Shown: positions 1 through 11,020 of the stretch, in pieces | Position numbering within the stretch: position 1 is the stretch's first letter | Layout: each line of letters opens with the position of its first letter | Assembly: GCA_010909165.1 (NCBI GenBank) | Contig: VJWM01000025.1 | Span: forward strand, 310,001 to 374,000 | Source: Anthoceros angustus | Taxonomy: Eukaryota > Plantae > Anthocerotophyta | Length of the DNA: 64,000 nucleotides | Direction: 5' to 3' | The notes under the pieces: generated by a model | What the model was told of the DNA's origin: nothing | What the model saw: the letters and a program-made list of their open reading frames with translations, nothing else | Database searches by the model: none | Translations under genes and position numbers: made by a program

Positions 1-284
1 TCCGCCCTTGCTCACTGAGGACAGGAAGAAACCTAAGCTTCAGGGTCCACTGGGAGGTCACGATATTGTGGCCAGAACGTCTCCAGATTGTTGTAAACCG
101 CTGCGGCACAGACGTCCCTGCGAAGCCGACAAGGATTGTGGATTGAACGTTCACATGCTCAGAGGCTGGTCGGCGGAATGTGCCCGAAAGCCCTGGTAGC
201 CGTCAATGTAGGTGATGCCGCTCGGCAGAGATTCAGACATGGAATATGTAGCCTTTGCTGCTGTAACAAGACGAGCTGCGCTGG

Positions 285-520
285 CCCAAGTCCAGCAGGG
301 GCAGCTCAGACAGGCTGCCGAGCTTCTGGGGGTTCTATTGCTGGCAGACGTTTGCTCTCAGTCTCGTTTTACAATGTCCTTGAAAATGGAGTCCTTGAGA
401 ATGATTCGGGTCTGGGTCGCCGTGTGCAAAGCTCTCGCGGTGAATCGGACCGTACGCACATTATGCGGCTCATATGCTTCTCCACACACCTTGTCCTCTT
501 CTTTTCGTCTCTTTCAGGCT
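285..520 (+). pseudogene. Degenerate N-terminal fragment of a PLS-class PPR gene
   Basis: Pieces in two frames (QQGQLRQAAELLGVLL / SVSFYNVLENGVLENDSGLGRRVQ / ALAV / ESDRTHIMRL / YAS) follow, in order, the N-terminal cap of the intact PPRs here (EEGRVEEAVQVL...SLFYPLLKRCIAEKDVGLGSRVHALAV...SD...HVIRMYASH). Confidence 0.5.
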
Positions 521-898
521 CCTCCTGCTCTCTGCGTCACCCAGTAGCAACGCTGCAAAAGGTTATGGCACACAAGAGCAGTAGCAGTAGCAGGATCAGG
601 AGCTGGGCCAATCAAATCTCCGGATGACACAAGCATACAGTGGAATGGGGCCCAGCCCAGTAGTTCCAGAACCCACAATTGCCTCCAAGTCCATTACCTC
701 TGAATCCCACGCGACATGTGACAGGTTTTCACCTCGAGTTATGGCAAGCGAGACGGGCAGCGGAACCGGAGCTTACCTCACAGCTTCTCACCAATTCAGG
801 TCGCTGGTGTAAGGAGCCAGCAGGGCCAGGCATTCGCACCACCTGCCTCCCATGGCGGCAGCAGCAGCGTCGGCAAGAAAAAGCGGCAGGAGCAGCTC

Positions 899-3362
899 TT
901 GTCCAGAAAGTTGCGGGAGGCACAGGAGGAGCGATGCAGTAAATTGTGTGAGGAAGGACGGGTAGAAGAGGCTGTCCAAGTGTTGGACCGCCTGGTACAG
1001 GAAGGGGGTCGTGCTGGGAGCTCCCTGTTCTATCCTCTACTAAAGAGGTGCATTGCGGAGAAGGATGTGGGTCTTGGCAGCCGCGTTCATGCTCTTGCCG
1101 TCAGATGTGGGCATGGGTCGGACATATTCGTGGCCAATCACGTCATACGGATGTATGCTTCTCATGCTAGATTGGAGGAAGCGTCCGAGGTTTTCAGCAC
1201 CCTCATTGCACCTAACGCCTTTGTCTGGGCTTCCATCATCAAAGCGCATGCTGATCAAGGACAGGCTGATGAGGCCATCAACCTTTACCGTAGGATGCGA
1301 GAGACGAGTACTGCGAAGCCAAACAACCATGTGTTTGCAGCAGTGCTGAAAGCATGTGCCAGTGTTTCAGATTTGGCTTCTGGCAAGCAGGCGCACGCTG
1401 ACCTTTGCAGAGTGAGGACGAGCCTGATATGGTCGTTGGAAGTTGTCTGGTGGACATGTATGCCAAATGTGGGAACTTGGACGATGCCCGCAGGGTGTTT
1501 GAGGATCTGCCTGCAAGAGATGTGGTGACATGGACTGCCATGATCGCAGGATATGCTAACCATGGGCTCGGTCAAGAAGCCCTGGATGTGTTTGCAAGCA
1601 TGCAGCAGGAGGGCATCACGCCGGCCAATAATTTCACATACACCGGCCTTCTCAAGGCATGTGCCAGCACCGGGGCTTTGCACATAGGGTGGCAGCTTCA
1701 TTGTGTGATCCGAGAAAGGGGCTGGAAACCAATCTCGTGATTGGCAGTGCTCTGGTTGACATGTATGCAAAATGCGGGAGCTTACGGGATGCTCGAAAGA
1801 TATTCGACACATTGCCTGTGAAGAATGTTGTGACATGGAATGCCATGATTGCTGGGTATGTGCAGCACGGGTTTGGTCAGGAAGCACTTGATCTATACGC
1901 AACCATGGCCGTGCAGGAGAGCATCACTTCAGCAAATAGTTTTACGTATGCTGGTCTGCTCAAGGCATGTGCCACCATCGGTGCTCTGCATCAGGGAAAG
2001 CACCTCCATTCGGTGATTCAGGGACGAGGGATGCAAGCTGATGTGGTTGTCGGCAGCTGTCTGGTGGACATGTATGTGCGATGTGGTAGCCTAGAGGATG
2101 CTCGTCATGTTTTTGATAACCTGCCCACGAGAGATGTGGTGACCTGGACTGCCATGATCGCTGGATATGCCCAGCTTGGGCTCGGTCAAGACGCTCTCAA
2201 TCTATACGCAATTATGCAAGAGGAGGAGGACCTGTGTGTAGCTGCTAACGATGTTACATTTGTGTGTCTCCTGAATGCATGTGCAAGCGTGGGAGCCTTG
2301 CAGCAGGGGAAGCAGCTCCATTTGCAGATCCAGGAAAGAGGTCTGGAAACTGATACGCTTGTCGGCAACTGCCTCGTGGACATGTATGCAAAGTGTGGGA
2401 GCTTACAGGATGCTCGTAGAGTATTTGACAGACTGCCAGGTAGAGATGTGGTGGCATGGACTAGTCTCCTGAATGGATATGCCCAACATGGTGATGCCAA
2501 AATGGCCATTCGGTGTTTTGAAGAGATGCAGCAGCAAGGTGTGAAGCCCAACAGTGCTACTTTCATCTCTCTCCTTGTGGCATGCAGTCATGGGGGCCTG
2601 GTGACTGAGGGAGAGGGCTATTTTAGAGTGATGATCGAACAACATGGCATCGTTCCCACTGATTTCCATTACAATTGCATGATTGATCTTCTTGGCCGAG
2701 CAGGCCAATTGGACAAGGCTGAAGACATGTTGCGAAGCATGCCATGCGAGAATAAGGTTGTGGGGTGGACCTCTTTGCTCAGTGCATGCAAAAGCCATGG
2801 TGACATTGAGCGTGGGACCAGATGTTTCGACCTTCTTGTCAGCTTGGAACCTGAAAATGGTTCTGGATATGTGCTTCTGGGTACAATGTACGCAAATGCA
2901 GGCAGGTGGAGTGACGTAGACAAAGTGGAATGCATGAGAATATCGGCAGGTGCTTGGAAGAAGCCTGCCAAGGCTTCCATTGAAGTGAACAAGAAGGTGC
3001 ATGACTTCACTGTTGGAGAAGACACAGCTGATATTGCGTTGAAGCTCAGGACCATGAACTCGAGGGTGAAACGGGAAGGAGGACATGTGCCACAGACGGA
3101 GCTGGTGCTGAAGGCAGTGTCGGAGAGGGAAAAAGAGGATTCCTTGTGTGGGCATGCTGAGAAACTGGCGTTGGCGTATGGGCTCCAGAACACTCCACCC
3201 GGCTCAACGCTGCTGGTTACTAAGAATCTTCGGATGTGCAACGACTGCCACAGTAGTACCAAAATCGTGTCACGCCTTGAGAAGCGAGAAATTGTTGTGA
3301 GGGATGCACACCGTGTGCATCGATTTCTGGGTGGCTCCTGTTCGTGTGCGGATCGGCCTTGA
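899..3362 (+). CDS. PLS-class PPR protein with E1/E2 and KP-type DYW-like domain (ends DRP); two 1-nt frameshifts in this sequence (~1405, ~1720)
   Basis: P-L-S triplets run across ORFs 899-1528, 1405-1740 and 1659-3362. C-terminus: WKKPAKASIEV...CGHAEKLALAYG...KNLRMCNDCHS...VRDAHRVHRF...SCSCADRP. No in-frame ATG at the 5' end; likely acceptor at CAG|800. Confidence 0.9.
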
Positions 3363-4126
3363 CTGGATTTTGCTGGTCGTATATAACCTGATGCCCTGAT
3401 GCATGTCATGCCGCCGTGAAACCTCACAGAGTTGTTTCCAAAGTTAATCCTTCCAGAAATTTTCTTGAGAAATCCCCATGGTCATCTTCCATCTTCTATG
3501 CCTATACAAGAGCGGGGGAGGTGAAGTTGAGAGAGTCCCATAGCCGGTAAACATCAAGGGACGAGCCGGTTGTTCCGCGACTGGCCCTTTTACAGTCTTT
3601 CACCCGCACTGGACATTATTATTCCAGCCAAAACCCGCAGCTCCAGCGATAGACTCTAGCCTGTGAGAGCCGCCCACTGGGAGGTGAGATGCGAGGTGTT
3701 CGATTTCCTCAAGGTTCAATGTCGTGTGGTATGAAGCCTGCATGCTGATAGCTCGCCGGTAGCGTACTCTCTCGTTGGGTGCGGTGTCTAGGTTAGATCT
3801 GCCGGCGCAGGAGGGAGTAGGGAATTGTAACCTGGGCCCTAGTTTTGGAGCGCACATACAGCAGAGCAGAATTGGTGATTTTGGAGGTGATCGTGCTTGT
3901 TCTGCTCTGTGTTGTGGATGCCGTTGTGTTTCGTTAGTGGAAAAGAGGCCCCTGGTCCTTGTTTCTGATCATGCTGCCTGCTGCTGTGGACATTTAACTA
4001 GTCAGATTTGCTCGCCAATTGGCCTCGTATCCTGTCCGTTAGGGTTTACGAAGGGCCACTCCTGAGCTCTACCGGATTTGACCTTTATCTGAGTGCGATT
4101 GTTTGTTTGCCTGCAGGGAGGCAGTC

Positions 4127-4481
4127 ATGGGTGGAGGTCACGCAGGTCATGGTGCTGAGTATCCAGGGTACCCGACAGCTGTGTGGTCTCCAACGGGGGG
4201 ATGGTTTCCTGACCCTAAGTATTGGCGCCGGAATACTGTGATTGCTGCTTTTGGAATTTTTCTGGTGTGCATTCCCATTGCAAGGTTATCCATGCGCCTA
4301 GAGGTATTTCTCGGTTCCCTTAGAAGACCAGCCTTGTGTGCCTCTCTTGGGTTTGGCATCACAGCCTTCGAAGAACTTCACATTGTTCTTCTCTTTCATC
4401 TCGCAGGAACGGCCCGTCTCTCCCGCGTTTCCACTTCCCTACCAGTCCTTCTCCAAGAGGAAGGCTCCCGAGGAAAGTTGA
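4127..4481 (+). CDS. Small mitochondrial membrane protein, complex I accessory subunit-like (At4g00585/NUUM-like); exons 4127-4303 and 4407-4481
   Basis: MGGGHAGHG...VWSPTGGWFPDPKYWRRNTVIAAFGIFLVCIPIA...LE|ERPVSPAFPLPYQSF...*; canonical GT-AG intron 4304-4406. Confidence 0.75.
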
Positions 4482-5083
4482 AATTAGAGTACTGAGGAGC
4501 ATGGGGCGGGTGGGCGTGGGACAGCTCTCAATTGAACACCGAAAAACACAAACTGTGATTTCCAGAGGATGGTTTTGCATGACTGAGCGTATGCTTGTGT
4601 TCAGCATCTGCGCTGTGCTGTGGTGAGCTAACTGAACCTTGTGTTGTACCCTGGACTCGCCATTCGGTTGTTGAGAATTGTTGTAGAAAAGTGACAGCAG
4701 AAGCACAGCCGACTGATGAGGGACAGTATGACTACTTACGCTTGTGGGAGTTTTAAGTATGTGGGACGCGTATGTAATAATGTAACGAAGGATTTCCAAC
4801 TTTGTATTGGAAGTTGATATATCATAACAAACGGACGGAAGCTCCCTCACGTCACACCGACCATTGACGGTATATATTTCCGTCTGGGATCTATTCCGTT
4901 CTGTAACTTCTGATGAGGTTTGCCCACCCTTCATAAGCCAAGAGGGATGTTTTCGACGGACTGTTGGAGGCATTAGTTTCTGGTGAATGTCTGATATCTG
5001 ATACATATCGTCTGACGATGGAAAAGGGATATCAAGGGCACAGGCACAGGCGCAGGAGGCCCTCGCTTGACTCTGGGGCAGTT

Positions 5084-7525
5084 TCAGTCCGATTCCCCGA
5101 CCAGAAAACTGTGCACCAGTCCGTCCTTGTCTGTCCACCAGCTCTGACCTGGTTGCTTCCATGCCCCTATGAGTTTTCTCCGTGCCTGCATCTCCCGTGC
5201 TTGCTCCCACATCTGGGAGCCGGTGTATATGTTCGACATCAACACATATGCTGCGGAATCTTTCATGTCTAGCTTCACTGCTTCATTGAAAGCAAGGCAT
5301 CCTACCTCCACGTTGCACCACTTTCGACAGGCGCCCAAGAGGGTGTGCCAAACTGCAGCATTCGGCAACATGGGCATGGATCTGACCAAAGCCAGTGCCT
5401 CATCCAGATGTCCTGCTCGGCCCAGGAGATCCACCATGCATGTGTAATGGTCCTCTGTGGGGACGATGCGATAGTGCGTGTTCATAGCCTCAAAGTCCTC
5501 CCACCCCTTCTTCACCAGACCTGCATGACTGCACACAGTCAGTACGCTGAGGAAAGTGATGCTGTCTGGCTGTATGTCATCCTCTCTCATTCTCTGGACC
5601 ACGTCAAAGACCACCTCAGTCTGCCCATGATAGGCGTAGCCTGCAAGCAGTGCATTCCAGGTGACCACATTCCTTTCTGGTAACACATCAAACACCTGCT
5701 GTGCATCCACCATGCTCCCAGCCTTTCCATACATGTTGATGAGGCTGGCAGCCACCAGCACATCAGAATGAAGCCCTTGTACTAGAGCCTGTACATGTAG
5801 CTGCCTCCCCAGATTCAAAGCTGCCAAATTAGCACACACCTGAAGGAGGCACACGAATGTGACAGAATTGGGTACAGCCATGCCTTCATCTTCCATAGCG
5901 CTGTAGAGACGGAGCGCTTCCTGCCCCATGCCCAGCTGGGAATAGCCTGCTATCATGGCAGTCCACGTCACCACATCTTTTTCACCAAGGTCATCAAACA
6001 CTCTCTGAGCATCTTCCAGGCTGCCACACTTTGAATACATGTTCACCAAACTGTTGGCCACAAACACATCAGATTCATGTCCTCGCCCTCTAATCTGCGC
6101 ATGAAGCTTCTTCCCTTGGTCCAAAGCTGGGATGCCCACACTCGCACATGCTTGCAGCAGGCACACAAACGTGACAGGATCCGGTACAGCGATGCCCCCT
6201 TGTTGCATGGCACTGTAAAGAAGGAGGGCTTCCTGGCCCATGCCCTGCCGAGAGTATCCTGCAATCATGGCAGTCCACGTGAGCACATCCTTGTGACCCA
6301 GTCCATCAAAAACTCTCTGGGCGTCTTGTAAGCTGCCACACTTTGCATACATGTTCACCAAACTGCTGGCTACATACACATCAGCTTCAAGTCCTTGTTC
6401 CCTAATCTGCATATGTAGATGCTTCCCCTTCTCCAACACCGAGGTGCCCCCACTTGCACATGCCTGCAAGAGGCACACAAATGTGACGGAGTTGGGTACA
6501 GCCATGCCGCCCTCTTGTTGCATAGCAGTGTAGAGGCTAAGTGCTTCCTGCCCCATACCCTGCTGAGAGTATCCTGCTATCATGGCGGTCCAGGTCACCA
6601 CATCTTTGTGACCAAGTCCGTCAAAGACTCTCTGAGCCTCTTCTAAGCTGCCACACTTTGCATACATGTTCACCAAACTGTTGGCTACAACCGCATCAGC
6701 ATCATGTCCACCCCTTCTGATTTGAGCATGAAGATGCCTGCCTGTGTCCAAGGCTGGGGTGCCCACACTAGCGCATGCCTGCAGGAGGCACACGAATGTG
6801 ACGGAATCTGGTGCTGGCATGCCCTCTTGTCGCATGGAAGTGTAGAGACGAAGGGCTTCCTGGCCCATGCCCTGCTGGGCATACCCTGCTATCATGGCAG
6901 TCCACGTTACCACATTCTTCTCACCGAGTCCATCAAACACGGCCTGTGCATCCTCCAAGCTGCCACATTTCGCATACATGTCCACCAAGCAACTAGAGAC
7001 GAACAGATCAGGCTTAACGCCAGTGGCCAAGGCATGAGCATGCACCTGCTGCCCAGTTTTCAAGTCCGATGCTCTTGCACAAGCCTGGAGGGCTGCAACA
7101 AACACATGGCCATCTGGCTTCACACACGACGTCCTGCGCATTCGATGATACAAATGGATGGCCTGCTTGTCCTGTCCATTTCTTACGTGCGCGGAAATAA
7201 TGGAGGACCACATGAAGGCATCTGGTTGGGGAACAGCTTCAAACACATCCATGGCGTCTTGCAGCCTGCCATGAGACGCATACATTCGCAGGATGTGGTT
7301 GCAAAGGAACGTGTCCGACTGGTACCCTTTTCGCACTGTGAGAGCATGGACGCGGCTGCCCAGAACAAGATCCCTCCTCACTGCACACTTCTTGAGGACT
7401 GTGTAAAAGAGAGATTTGGCAATACACCGGTCTGCTTGCACCAGAAGTTCCAAAGCCTGTACAGCCTGAGTGAGATGACCATCGTGACATAGCTTGCTCA
7501 CGGTTTCAGCTGTTACCGTGCCCAA
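5084..7525 (-). CDS. PLS-class PPR protein with E1/E2 and a WW-type PG box, truncated before the deaminase core (E+)
   Basis: Open frame of about 810 codons made of P-L-S triplets, ending WKQPGQSWWTDKDGLVHSFLVGESD*. No HxE or CxxC. The ORF starts at TTG, so a 5' exon is likely. Confidence 0.9.
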   Translation of the reverse strand: MGTVTAETVSKLCHDGHLTQAVQALELLVQADRCIAKSLFYTVLKKCAVRRDLVLGSRVHALTVRKGYQSDTFLCNHILRMYASHGRLQDAMDVFEAVPQPDAFMWSSIISAHVRNGQDKQAIHLYHRMRRTSCVKPDGHVFVAALQACARASDLKTGQQVHAHALATGVKPDLFVSSCLVDMYAKCGSLEDAQAVFDGLGEKNVVTWTAMIAGYAQQGMGQEALRLYTSMRQEGMPAPDSVTFVCLLQACASVGTPALDTGRHLHAQIRRGGHDADAVVANSLVNMYAKCGSLEEAQRVFDGLGHKDVVTWTAMIAGYSQQGMGQEALSLYTAMQQEGGMAVPNSVTFVCLLQACASGGTSVLEKGKHLHMQIREQGLEADVYVASSLVNMYAKCGSLQDAQRVFDGLGHKDVLTWTAMIAGYSRQGMGQEALLLYSAMQQGGIAVPDPVTFVCLLQACASVGIPALDQGKKLHAQIRGRGHESDVFVANSLVNMYSKCGSLEDAQRVFDDLGEKDVVTWTAMIAGYSQLGMGQEALRLYSAMEDEGMAVPNSVTFVCLLQVCANLAALNLGRQLHVQALVQGLHSDVLVAASLINMYGKAGSMVDAQQVFDVLPERNVVTWNALLAGYAYHGQTEVVFDVVQRMREDDIQPDSITFLSVLTVCSHAGLVKKGWEDFEAMNTHYRIVPTEDHYTCMVDLLGRAGHLDEALALVRSMPMLPNAAVWHTLLGACRKWCNVEVGCLAFNEAVKLDMKDSAAYVLMSNIYTGSQMWEQAREMQARRKLIGAWKQPGQSWWTDKDGLVHSFLVGESD

Positions 7526-7839
7526 GCCCGTATCGTAACCTGCAGGCCTGCGAGCGCGTCGGTGGGTCAGTGATCATCCCACAAGGGGCCATCCCCACTA
7601 TCCAATGTCCATCATCATCATCATCAAAATTGGCACCTCTGCTGGACATCCATCATTTCCATGCGCGGGTTGTTCCAACTTCCACGCCCTCCTGCAGGCA
7701 GCATCCCCTGCCATCCTGCCTGCCGTCCAAACAAGTTTGGTTCAATATATAGTTGAACTGCAATCAAACGGAGAAGCGAAAGCAAGGTGCCCCGGCTAGG
7801 GGCAGCAGTAGCAGGATCACAAGGTGGAGCACGCAGCGT

Positions 7840-8260
7840 GGATGCCCTTGTGTGTTGTAGATGATTGCTGTTGCAGTGCAGAAACGACGACGCAAAAAAA
7901 GTTGTTCACAAGCTGAGACGGAGGGGAGGCACTACCTTGTTCCACAGGTTGACGGCCACCAGTATCCTTGGCTCCACTGCAAGCCTCCTGCTGAACATAA
8001 GAGCCTCGGAGCTTCTCAGCTGCGATTCGCCGAAAGACGAAGCGAATTCGCAGGAGAAGGAACTTTGGAAACCACCCAAATGGCAACTCACTGAGCAGAG
8101 GTACTTGGGAAACCTGGTGATTCTGGTGGACTAGGCTAAGCATACCGCCCATCTTCATCCCTGCTGGCATCGGAAACCCAGTCTACACCTCTAGAGACAC
8201 AAGCGATTGCCCATCTCCTCCTCAGACTGGACGCTTAAGCGATGCCAGTGGTGATTTGCT
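7840..8260 (-). repeat. Conserved module upstream of PPR gene (copy 1; homologous to 33240-33690)
   Basis: Long near-identical stretches, e.g. ggcactaccttgtt.cacaggttgacggccaccag.atccttggctccactg and catcc.tgctggcatc.gaaaccc. Confidence 0.85.
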
Positions 8261-8616
8261 CACACAAATTTGGCCCGTGGTGAGGGAGTGGAAGCAGATG
8301 CATGGGAGGCTGCAAGGAAAATGCGCTGATCTGCATTATTTCATGTAGCTACGTCTTGGACAGCTTTTTGTCAGGCGTAACTAGTGAAAGATCCCACTCG
8401 CTGGGCCCATCATGAATACACTCGGTGTTTACGGGCAAGCTTCTCGACGGACTTGGACCGATTAGGAAGACTCTGTAGTGCAACAATGACACAATGGGCA
8501 CTGGGTAGCACCGTTTCGATCATTCCTTTCCAGCAAGAGGGAGCATACAGTCACACAGCCTTGAAAGATGTGGCTAGTGCAAGAAGGCTAACTAATCTCA
8601 GTACTACTAAGCTAAG

Positions 8617-10302
8617 CTAAGCTGCTAAACCATTCGTGTGGTCCAAACTGTCGTTGGCAGTTGCAGGAGTGACGGTATCCTCGAGCCTCCTCTTGTCCAC
8701 CACAGACTGGGCAACTTCGCATATCATCTTGTGATACTCTAACAGATCAAACAGGCGTTTGGAGTCCATAGATTCCATCAACGTTCTTGCGGCTGCTTCG
8801 TTCTTCTTGTTCATGCGCAGCTTTTGGATGACCAGGGACGAGTTTCTGAAAGTAGCCCCCATCTGAAGCAGTCGTGTCACCTCCTGCCCGTTCAGTACGG
8901 TGTTGCTCTGCAGGCAAAACAGAGATAGACATGGCCAGCTCAGGCAGGGCATGTGAGGTGAGGTGACATGTAAAGGATAGCAGAAGAAGAAGGATCCGTG
9001 TTTTGAACAAGGAACCCTACCTGGAGGAAGCGAGCGCCAAACTCAAGATCCGTGCTGCTTTGAGTGGTGTCAGCTCGAACAGCCTTCATGGCGAGCTCAC
9101 AGTCGTGGACGGAATTGCTCTTGCGGACATGGACTTGCTCCTCGTAAATGTGCTTGGCAATGGAGAAACTGCGTACGACTTTCTGCCGTTTCTCCTCCAG
9201 GGGACCATCCAGCTTGACGAGTGCCCTCGGTTCCGGCTTGGTGGCCAAGAGCCGCTTCTGGTACGCCACCACAGCCTTCACAAACTCCTGAATGCCGGAA
9301 GCCACAGTTGCAGCAGTTATGACACACTCCAGACAACATAGTCCACATGACCATCATCCATCACAGGCAGCACCTAGTAGGGCAGATACCTACCTGATAA
9401 GCGCGGGGACACTCGGGGTAATCGAAGACGTCGGAGGAGGCATCCGGAGCAGCTGCTGCATCCGCATCCTGCTCATGCCTCATGCGCTCGGGATGGAACT
9501 GCAGGCCGACGATGAACCCGCCCTGGTCGGGATGGTAGGCATCCGGGTCGTAGAAGGCCTCCGTGAGGCCGTCGGGAGCAAAAGCCATGGGCTTGAACCT
9601 ACCAGCCAGCCGCTTCACCCCCTGGTGATGGTAGCTGTTGACGATGAGCTCCATGGGGCTGGCAGCCCGGGTTAGGGATTCCTGGAACCAGTGGTGGAGC
9701 GGGGTGTCGGGCACGACGGTGATGGGATGGCGGTGGCCATCGTAGTTGTCATAGTCCATGTGCTTCACCTTCACGGCCGACGGGAGCTGCCTCTCCACAT
9801 CCTGGTAGAGCGAGCCGCCGCATGCGACGTTGAGCACCTGCGAGCCCCTGCAGATGCCGAGGTAGGGAATGTTCCGCTCCAGGCATCGCCGGGCCAGCTG
9901 CAGCTCGATGGAATCCTTATGCTTGTCCAGGGAGGTGTCGCTGGCGTGCGCCTGCCGGATCTCCTCGACCTCGGACGGCGTCAGTGCCGACTCCAGGTCG
10001 CTCTCGTACAGCTCGGGGTCGATGTCCTCGCCCTCGCACAGCAGCACGCCGTGGATGGGCTCGAAGCTGTCCAGCAGCGAGTGCAGGCCCGAAACCCTGG
10101 GCACGATCACCGGCACCGCGCCGTATGCCACTATCAGGTCCAGGTGGTACTCCCCCACGAAGTCCACGAACTTCTTCTTGCGCAGCGTGCGCCGAGACAC
10201 GATCAGCACTCTGGGCAGCACCTCTGCCAAATCCGACGACCTCCCGCTCTTGCTGGCTTCCTCCTCCGACTCCCACTCCCCATCGCTGTCCCTGCCGCCC
10301 AT
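8617..10302 (-). CDS. Class I glutamine amidotransferase / peptidase C26 (GAT1_2.1, PuuD-like); exons 10302-9394, 9287-9021, 8907-8617
   Basis: [32 protein letters not shown] (catalytic Cys), [18 protein letters not shown]; GT-AG introns keep the frame. Confidence 0.9.
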
Positions 10303-11020
10303 GCTGCTCCCCCTTGCCCCAGCCCTAGCCCTTGCCCTCGCCCTTGCCCTTGCCCTTGCCCTTTCCTTCCCACAACTTCCACTACACTAGTGGCACTATC
10401 AGATTCAGCACGAAAATGCGCACTCGTCACAAGACTCCAAGCACTGGAGTCTCCCGAGGTCCTTGAATCCAAATCCCCACAGAATGTCTGGCCAGTTCTT
10501 CTTCAACAATGCTTCCAGCAAACAGCTTGCGAACATAAAAAGCATAAAGGGAGGCAAGGCCAGGCGTCTACATATATATAGGCAGGCCAGGCCAAATCCG
10601 AAACGAGAACGAGGCGAGGCCCAGTCATCGTGATCATCCCTATGGTTGGCCACCGAAAATGTAGGTAGCGAGGAAGGCAAGGAAGGTTCGCGCCGGAGCA
10701 AGGTCCCACACACATGACATCCCGAGAGCCAGCAAGCCATGACATCCCAGAGGCCAGTCGCCAGAGGCAGCCTTACATACTGATATGGTCTATCATCCCA
10801 CGTGGCAGGCGACAGGTGCATGTCCCGGCGACAGGACACCGCCAAGGGGCGGGCCGTTGAGTAACCGCCAGTGGAGCGCACACAAGCAGTCGTGCCCCCT
10901 CCACCTCCAACCCGGCCTCCTTTCTCGCCATGCCATTCGCTTGCTCCTTCTTCTTCCCTTCACCTCAGAGTCTCCGGTTGTCGCTGCTGCCGACAGTGCC
11001 CATGAGGCGCCAGCGCACTC

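Noticed and set aside
9691-10581. Long antisense ORFs over GC-rich genes (also 15000-16049, 27120-28172, 2403-3427)
   Set aside because: Shadow frames of real genes on the opposite strand.
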